Part shown: positions 13,673-20,000 of the stretch, piece by piece | Layout: every line of letters begins with the position of its first letter | How positions within the stretch are numbered: the first letter of the stretch is position 1 | From: an uncultured virus (IMG/VR IMGVR_UViG_3300022753_002012) | Taxonomy: Duplodnaviria > Heunggongvirae > Uroviricota > Caudoviricetes | IMG/VR virus record: IMGVR_UViG_3300022753_002012 | Reading direction: 5' to 3' (one strand) | DNA length: 20,000 bases | Position numbers and translations under genes: made by a program | The notes under the pieces: model-generated | Databases searched by the model: none | Told to the model about the DNA's origin: nothing | What the model saw: the letters and a program-made list of their open reading frames with translations, nothing else

Positions 13673-16586
13673 TCAAGATTTCTTTATACAAAGACCCACA
13701 GTAACACCAACTATCTATGTATATAATCTTCCGCAAGTTACCACGCATAAAGGGTATGTAAAGGTTGGATATACCGACCGTGATGCTGAAACTCGTATCA
13801 ACGAGCAAATGCACACCAGTGGATTAACGGCAAACATTCTTTATACCGAGTCCGCCATGTGTTCGGATGGATCTATCTTTACCGACAAGGATGTTCATCG
13901 CATTCTTCGTCGTAAAGGTTTCCATCAAATGAATGAGGGGAATGACCGCAACGAGTGGTTCAATTGTACGGTAAACGATGTCAAAGCGGCTATCGTGGAA
14001 TTGAAAACGGGCATTATTACCGAAGCCAGTCGTACTGCCACCTTCAAAATGCGCCCCGAACAGCAATTGGCTGTAAAGCGCACGATGGAGTATTTTGCGT
14101 ATGCAGCAAAAGAAGAACCCGGACGCGCACCGAAGTTTCTTTGGAATGCAAAGATGCGTTTTGGTAAAACTTTTGCATCCTATCAGCTTGCAAAGAAAAT
14201 GGGCTTTAGCCGTGTTCTTGTTTTGACCTTTAAGCCTGCCGTTGAGTCCGCTTGGCGAGAAGACCTTATGACTCACGTGGACTTTGATGGTTGGCAGTTT
14301 ATCTCTAATAAAGACGCTGCCGGAGAACATATTAACATTGATAGAGAATATGCGAACGCCGATAAATCGAAGCCTATTGTTGTTTTTGGTTCGTTCCAGG
14401 ACTTGCTCGGTACTAACGATGCAGGCGGTATTAAGGCAAAGAACGAATTTATCCACACTGACAACTGGGACCTCGTAATTTTTGACGAATATCACTTCGG
14501 TGCATGGCGTGAAAATGCAAAGAAGCTCTTTGAGAATCCCGATGAAGAAGAAACCGCAGACTTCGATGCTGAAAAGTACGGATTGGAAGAAGCAGGCAAC
14601 GCCTACAACGAAACCTTCCTTCCCATTACCACCGGACATTATCTTTTCTTGTCCGGCACACCGTTCCGTGCTATCAACAGCGGTGAGTTCATTGAAGACC
14701 AGATCTACAACTGGACTTATTCCGATGAGCAAAGAGCAAAGGAAAACTGGGTAGGTTCTAACAATCCCTATTTGTCGTTGCCTCGTATGGTTATGCTTAC
14801 ATACCGCATTCCCGACAGCATTCGACAAATTGCGATGCAGGGCGAATTCAACGAATTTGACCTTAATGTGTTCTTCTCTGCAAAGGGCAAAGGCGAAGAG
14901 GCAAAGTTCGTTTATGAAAACGAAGTGCAGAAATGGCTTGACCTTATTCGTGGCTCTTATCTGCCTTCCAATATCGATGATATGAAGTTAGGACAGGACA
15001 AGCGTCCTCCTATGCCTTATTCCGATACTCGTTTGCTTTCTGTTTTGTCTCACACATTGTGGTTCTTGCCGAACGTGGCATCTTGCCAGGCAATGTATAA
15101 CCTTATGATGCAAAGACAGAACGCTTGGTTTAACGAGCGTTACACCATCAATGTTTGTGCAGGTACCAAAGCTGGTATCGGTCTTGATGCTCTTGCTCCT
15201 GTACAGCGTTCTATGGGCGATCCTCTCAAGACACAAACCATTACTCTCTCTTGCGGTAAACTCACCACTGGCGTTACTGTAAAGCCGTGGACGGGTGTAT
15301 TTATGCTGCGTAACCTCAAGAGTCCTGAAACATATTTCCAGACTGCATTCCGTGTTCAGTCTCCTTGGGAGATTACCGATGAGTCCGGCAATAAAACAAT
15401 TATGAAGCAAGAGTGCTATGTCTTTGACTTTGCTCTTGACCGCGCTCTTCGCCAAATTTCTGACTATAGCTGCCGTTTGGATGTTAACGAAGCAAACCCT
15501 GAAAAGAAGGTAGCCGAGTTCATCAACTTCCTGCCGGTTCTTGCTTATGACGGAAGCACAATGCGTCAAATCAGCGCACAGGATGTTTTGGACATTGCTA
15601 TGGCTGGTACTTCCGCTACTCTTCTTGCAAAGAGATGGGAGTCTGCATTGCTTGTTAACGTAGATAACGACACGCTGACTCGTTTGATGTCCAGCAAAGA
15701 GGCTATGGATGCGCTTATGAGCATAGAAGGTTTCCGTTCCTTGAACCAGGATATTCAAACCATTATCAACAAGTCCGAGGCTGTTAAGAAGGCAAAGAAA
15801 GAGGGCGGAGAAAAAACTCAAAAAGAGAAAAAGGAACTTTCCGACGAAGAAAAAGAATACAAATCAATGCGTAAGAAAATCCAGGAGAAGCTCATCAAGT
15901 TTGCTACTCGTGTGCCGGTATTTATGTACCTCACCGATTACCGTGAGCGTTCTCTCAAGGATGTTATCACGCAGCTTGAACCCGGTCTCTTCAAGAAGGT
16001 AACGGGTCTCGATGTTAAGGACTTTGAGTTGCTTTGTTCACTCGGCGTGTTCAATGCTAACCTTATGAACGATGCCATCTTCAAGTTCAAGCGTTATGAG
16101 GACAGTAGCCTTTCCTATACTGGTATCGACAAGCACGAAGGCAAGGATATCGGTGGTTGGGATACTGTTATCAAGCGTGCTGAATATGACCAGCTCTTCT
16201 ATAATCAGCAGGCTACAATGGAAGCACCGACCATTTTTGAAGTTCCCGCAGTTGAGGATATCCCAGTACCTGTAAAGAAAACTCCTACTACATCTACTGG
16301 CACAACTACTACTGTTTCGGTTAAACCGCAGGCTGCCCCTTCCGTTACCGCACAGTACGGCGTAAAGCCTGCAACGCAGACCACTACCGAAAAGAAGGAA
16401 GAGGCGTTTGTTGCTCCCGATGTACAGGATGGTTCTATTGTTATTCATAAAACCTTTGGTGAAGGCACCGTCACAAAGCTTGATAAGGCACAAAAGCACA
16501 TTCGAGTTTCTTTTGCTGCTGGAGAAAAGACCTTTATTTTCCCGGATGCCTTCAAGATAGGCTTCCTCAAGATGAAGGGAGAGTAA
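13656..16586 (+). CDS. Restriction subunit: GIY-YIG (T5orf172-type) nuclease fused to SF2 (ResIII-like) helicase/ATPase
   Basis: IYVY...YVKVGYT.R...R...EWF nuclease; Walker A WNAKMRFGKT; DEYH; LSGTP; motif VI-like YFQTAFRVQSP. Confidence 0.92.
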   Translation: MGLLANQDFFIQRPTVTPTIYVYNLPQVTTHKGYVKVGYTDRDAETRINEQMHTSGLTANILYTESAMCSDGSIFTDKDVHRILRRKGFHQMNEGNDRNEWFNCTVNDVKAAIVELKTGIITEASRTATFKMRPEQQLAVKRTMEYFAYAAKEEPGRAPKFLWNAKMRFGKTFASYQLAKKMGFSRVLVLTFKPAVESAWREDLMTHVDFDGWQFISNKDAAGEHINIDREYANADKSKPIVVFGSFQDLLGTNDAGGIKAKNEFIHTDNWDLVIFDEYHFGAWRENAKKLFENPDEEETADFDAEKYGLEEAGNAYNETFLPITTGHYLFLSGTPFRAINSGEFIEDQIYNWTYSDEQRAKENWVGSNNPYLSLPRMVMLTYRIPDSIRQIAMQGEFNEFDLNVFFSAKGKGEEAKFVYENEVQKWLDLIRGSYLPSNIDDMKLGQDKRPPMPYSDTRLLSVLSHTLWFLPNVASCQAMYNLMMQRQNAWFNERYTINVCAGTKAGIGLDALAPVQRSMGDPLKTQTITLSCGKLTTGVTVKPWTGVFMLRNLKSPETYFQTAFRVQSPWEITDESGNKTIMKQECYVFDFALDRALRQISDYSCRLDVNEANPEKKVAEFINFLPVLAYDGSTMRQISAQDVLDIAMAGTSATLLAKRWESALLVNVDNDTLTRLMSSKEAMDALMSIEGFRSLNQDIQTIINKSEAVKKAKKEGGEKTQKEKKELSDEEKEYKSMRKKIQEKLIKFATRVPVFMYLTDYRERSLKDVITQLEPGLFKKVTGLDVKDFELLCSLGVFNANLMNDAIFKFKRYEDSSLSYTGIDKHEGKDIGGWDTVIKRAEYDQLFYNQQATMEAPTIFEVPAVEDIPVPVKKTPTTSTGTTTTVSVKPQAAPSVTAQYGVKPATQTTTEKKEEAFVAPDVQDGSIVIHKTFGEGTVTKLDKAQKHIRVSFAAGEKTFIFPDAFKIGFLKMKGE

Positions 16587-16587
16587 T

Positions 16588-18378
16588 ATGCAAGAAATAT
16601 TTAGTAATACAACTTTAACGGTTAACCAGCTCATCGAGAAAATTGATACCGGTGAGCTTGGTTTGCCGGAACTTCAGCGTCCTTTTATTTGGAAGGACTC
16701 TAAGGTTCGTGATCTCTTCGACTCTATGATGCGAGGGTATCCGATTGGATACCTTATGCTTTGGGAGTGTCCTGCTCTCGAAAAGAAAAAATCTATTGGT
16801 GTTGAGTCGCATAGTTACGACTCGCCCAAAGAGGTTATTATCGACGGACAACAGCGTTTGACATCTCTCTATGCTGTTATGAAGGGCAAAAAAGTCATCA
16901 ACTCAAAGTTTGATGAAAAGAGCATAATCATTTCTTACTGCCCGTTGCAGGACAAGTTCGAGGTTGGTTATCAAGCTACTAAGAATGACCCTGAATGGAT
17001 TTACAGCATTAGCGATCTTTTTACTTCGACTAACACATTTAAGTTTATCGGAGATTTTATTACGCGATTAAGTACCTACAGAGCCTCCAAAGGTTCAACT
17101 CTCACTGATGAGGAGCAAGGGCTTATAGCAGAGCGTATCAACGGAGTAGTGAATTTGAGAAGCCATACTCTACCTGTGTTTGATATTAAGTCCAATGCGG
17201 AAGAAGAAGACGTTTCCGAGATTTTTGTTCGTGTTAACTCTGGTGGTGTTTCTCTTAAACAAAATGACTTTATTCTTACGCTTCTGTCTCTGTATTGGGA
17301 TGAAGGTCGCCGTGAAATTGAGCAGTTTAGCCAGGAGTCCACATATATTACGAAGGGGAAGACCACATCTTATAATCAAATTACCACGGTGTCAGCACAG
17401 GATATTATCCGTGTCGTGATGGCTTATGCCTTCGACAGAGCAAGACTGAAGTACGGATACAAGTTGCTTCGTGGAGCGGATTTTGATAAGAAGGGTGCCG
17501 TTGATGATAGTCTTCGTATAACTCGTTTTGAAACCCTTAAAGAAAAATTGCCGGATGTTCTTGATGTGCATAGTTGGCACGAGTTTATCAAGGCAGTTAT
17601 GAACGCGGGATATCATTCCGGCGATCTTATCCTTTCCGGTAATGCAATATTCTATTCCTACGCATTTTACCTCATTGCCAAGCACCGCTTCAATGCCTCT
17701 TACAACGAAAATATGCATTTGACGTCCTTGTGGTTTTTCTATGCATCTCTTGTTTCTCTTTACACGGGTTCCTTCGAGTCAACCGTGGAGAATCATCTGA
17801 ATGCAATAAAAACTCTCAAAACCCTTGAAGAATATAAGAATTTTATTATTGCAAGGGTTAACGAGCGCTTGACAAACGACTACTTTGACATCACTCTTGT
17901 AGGCTCTGAAGGATTGGCGGTTTCGGGGCGAGGTAACAATGCATGGAACGCTTATGTTGCCTCGTTAAACGTATTAAATGCCAGAATATTGTTCTCAAAG
18001 AGCAATCTGCTTGCATCGAAATTGTTTGAGCCAGGAACTGATGGTAACCGCAAATCCCTCGAAAAGCACCATCTTTTCCCGAAGGCATATTTGAAGTCGC
18101 AGGGTTATGCTGATTCTAAAATCAACCAAATGGCGAACTATGCCTTTATTGATTGGAAAGATAATATGGATATCCTTGATGATGCTCCGTCTGTTTATTA
18201 TCCCATCATATGCAAGGGTATGAGCGAAGAACAAATTCTCACCATGGAAGAGGAGAACGCATTGCCTCACGGTTGGGAGAATATGTCCTATGAGGATTTC
18301 CTTGTGGCACGTAGAAAACTAATGGCTGCGAAAATAAAGGAAGCGTTTTTCGCTTTGAGATCAGCCGCAGAAAATTAA
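16588..18378 (+). CDS. gmrSD: GmrSD-family (DUF262 + DUF1524/HNH) modification-dependent restriction endonuclease
   Basis: DUF262 motifs LPELQRPFIW, IIDGQQRLTSL and FVRVNSGG. C-terminal HNH-like LEKHHLFP...NQMANYAFI...N. Confidence 0.9.
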   Translation: MQEIFSNTTLTVNQLIEKIDTGELGLPELQRPFIWKDSKVRDLFDSMMRGYPIGYLMLWECPALEKKKSIGVESHSYDSPKEVIIDGQQRLTSLYAVMKGKKVINSKFDEKSIIISYCPLQDKFEVGYQATKNDPEWIYSISDLFTSTNTFKFIGDFITRLSTYRASKGSTLTDEEQGLIAERINGVVNLRSHTLPVFDIKSNAEEEDVSEIFVRVNSGGVSLKQNDFILTLLSLYWDEGRREIEQFSQESTYITKGKTTSYNQITTVSAQDIIRVVMAYAFDRARLKYGYKLLRGADFDKKGAVDDSLRITRFETLKEKLPDVLDVHSWHEFIKAVMNAGYHSGDLILSGNAIFYSYAFYLIAKHRFNASYNENMHLTSLWFFYASLVSLYTGSFESTVENHLNAIKTLKTLEEYKNFIIARVNERLTNDYFDITLVGSEGLAVSGRGNNAWNAYVASLNVLNARILFSKSNLLASKLFEPGTDGNRKSLEKHHLFPKAYLKSQGYADSKINQMANYAFIDWKDNMDILDDAPSVYYPIICKGMSEEQILTMEEENALPHGWENMSYEDFLVARRKLMAAKIKEAFFALRSAAEN

Positions 18379-18413
18379 GTCCTAAACATATTCAAACCAG
18401 AGAAAGGAAAACT

Positions 18414-20000
18414 ATGGAAAATCAATTTCTTACAAATTATACAGAGATAACTTTCCTTGAGAAAATCAAGGATAATTTGAGAAAATGTAAAGAGTTTTCC
18501 TTCTCTGTGAGCTTTATAAAAAGGGCAGGGCTTATACTTCTTTTCAAGGATATCGAAGCGGCAGTTGAGCGCGGTGCAAAGGGAAGACTTATTACTTCCA
18601 CATACCAGAACTTCACGGATATTGAGTCGCTGAAGAGCTTTTATACGCTTATGGGACGGTGTCCGAATTTCCAGTGTCATCTCGATTATGAGTGTTTCCA
18701 CGACTCGGGATATTCTACGCTTGGATATCACTCCAAGGGGTATCTCTTTGAATTCGATGGATACAGAGAAGTTATTATTGGCTCGTCCAATATTACTCGA
18801 TATGCATTGCTCAAGAACATTGAGTGGGATGTCGTAGTTCGTGACGATGCTGTATACGCCCAGGCTATGCAAGAGTTTGAGGAGAAATGGGAAGCTACCC
18901 ATTTGCTCAATAGCGACATAATTAATCTCTATGCCAACAAGCTGAATTTTGCAATTGAGCGTTGGGATATGGACTATGATCTTTCCGCAGCGAATGTAAA
19001 GCCGAATTTTATGCAGCGAAAAGCTCTAAAAGAGCTGAACCGTTATAGGGCTGTCGGAACAAACAGAGCATTGGTCGTTGCGGCGGCTGGTAGTGGTAAA
19101 ACCTACCTTGCTGCCTTTGACGCATTGAATTTTAACCCGAAGCGTTTATTGTATATCGTCCATGAAGGTTCTATTTTGAAAAAGTCACTTGAAACCTTCC
19201 AGGATGTTTTCGGAAGCGCTGTTTCGTATGGCGTTTATAGCGGTACTAGCAAAGAGTTTGATGCGGATTTTGTATTTGCTACAAATATTACAATGTGCAA
19301 GTCTTTGGAGCTGTTTGCCAAGGACGAGTTTGACTACATAATTATTGACGAGTGCCACCACGCAACTGCTGAAACCTATAAGAAAATCATAGGCTATTTT
19401 GAGCCAGAGTTTTTGCTCGGATTAACTGCTACTCCGGAGCGAATGGACAATCAAGATGTATTCGATTTGTTTGACCAGAATGTGCCTTATGAATTGCGTC
19501 TGAGAGACGCTATTGTTAATGACCTTGTTGTGCCGTTCAAGTATTATGGCATACGTGACCAGTTGGTAGACTATGGCTTGAACGCAAATGAAGAGAGAAG
19601 ACTCATTGCACAAATGGCTAACGATGAGCATTGCGATTTTATAGCATCTCAAATCGAAAGCCATCGCCCCCAGGGCAAATTGAAGGCACTAGCATTTTGT
19701 CGCAATATCACTCACGCTCGTATGATGTGCGAGGTAATGGGAGAACGCTATAAAACTGCGTATTTAACGGGAAGAAATGATATCGGAGAGCGTGTTCGCG
19801 CTTATAATGATTTACAAAGCGATAGCGCCGATCTTGAGATCTTGTTCACCGTTGACATCTTGAACGAAGGTGTCGACATTCCCGGTGTCAATATGGTTCT
19901 GTTTTTGCGCCCTACGGAATCCTCGACTATTTTCATCCAGCAGTTGGGCAGAGGTTTAAGAAAGTACAATAACAAGCAGTATGTAACCGTGCTTGACTTC
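18414..20000 (+). CDS. PLD nuclease-SF2 helicase fusion (SauUSI/DUF3427-type Type IV restriction enzyme); the 3' end runs off the window
   Basis: Manual translation from ATG 18414 (RBS AAAGGA): MENQFLTN...FSVSFI...YHSKGYLF...IGSSNIT...NIEW (PLD HxK motif), AAAGSGKT, IIDECHH, LGLTATPERMD, VDILNEGVDIP, FIQQLGRGLR. Open to 20000. Not in the ORF track. Confidence 0.93.
   Translation, partial: MENQFLTNYTEITFLEKIKDNLRKCKEFSFSVSFIKRAGLILLFKDIEAAVERGAKGRLITSTYQNFTDIESLKSFYTLMGRCPNFQCHLDYECFHDSGYSTLGYHSKGYLFEFDGYREVIIGSSNITRYALLKNIEWDVVVRDDAVYAQAMQEFEEKWEATHLLNSDIINLYANKLNFAIERWDMDYDLSAANVKPNFMQRKALKELNRYRAVGTNRALVVAAAGSGKTYLAAFDALNFNPKRLLYIVHEGSILKKSLETFQDVFGSAVSYGVYSGTSKEFDADFVFATNITMCKSLELFAKDEFDYIIIDECHHATAETYKKIIGYFEPEFLLGLTATPERMDNQDVFDLFDQNVPYELRLRDAIVNDLVVPFKYYGIRDQLVDYGLNANEERRLIAQMANDEHCDFIASQIESHRPQGKLKALAFCRNITHARMMCEVMGERYKTAYLTGRNDIGERVRAYNDLQSDSADLEILFTVDILNEGVDIPGVNMVLFLRPTESSTIFIQQLGRGLRKYNNKQYVTVLDF

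Noticed and set aside
13824..16634. Long antisense ORFs (334, 277 and 198 aa) opposite the R gene
   Set aside because: Typical shadows of biased codon usage, with no RBS or motifs.
18375..19664. Minus-strand ORFs 18375-18902, 18728-18919 and 19422-19664
   Set aside because: The real gene is the plus-strand PLD-helicase from 18414, omitted from the track because it has no stop in the window.
1..20000. CRISPR array, tRNA/rRNA, IS elements, retron/DGR components
   Set aside because: No regularly spaced long repeats, RNA-gene signatures, transposase or reverse-transcriptase motifs were seen by eye. A covariance-model search was not possible.

Overview
A Firmicutes (probably Clostridia-like; inferred from strong GGAGG RBSs, consensus sigmaA promoters and the gene families) accessory/defence island with no integrase, transposase, tRNA/rRNA or CRISPR visible in the window. 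It has three blocks. (1) 1-2304: a Y-family DNA polymerase (DinB/Pol IV-like, minus strand, truncated at the window edge and missed by the ORF track) divergent from an XRE repressor + ImmA/IrrE metallopeptidase + small conserved gene. Two perfect-consensus promoters in the spacer face each other, within an array of GAACTT operator-like repeats. (2) 2436-10524: a long co-oriented block headed by a DEDDh exonuclease and a wHTH-WYL regulator, followed by many uncharacterised genes: small membrane peptides (two missed by the ORF track), Cys/His-rich proteins, one very basic and one very acidic protein, an ankyrin-like protein and an orphan HicB. (3) 10663->20000: a tightly coupled restriction operon. 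It encodes an HTH_17 regulator, an MTase-like protein lacking the catalytic motif, an N6-adenine MTase, an EVE/PUA-like protein, a GIY-YIG-SF2 helicase with a Tudor-like tail, GmrSD (DUF262-DUF1524) and a PLD-helicase (SauUSI-like, truncated, missed by the ORF track). All family calls come from motif recognition by eye; no database searches were run.
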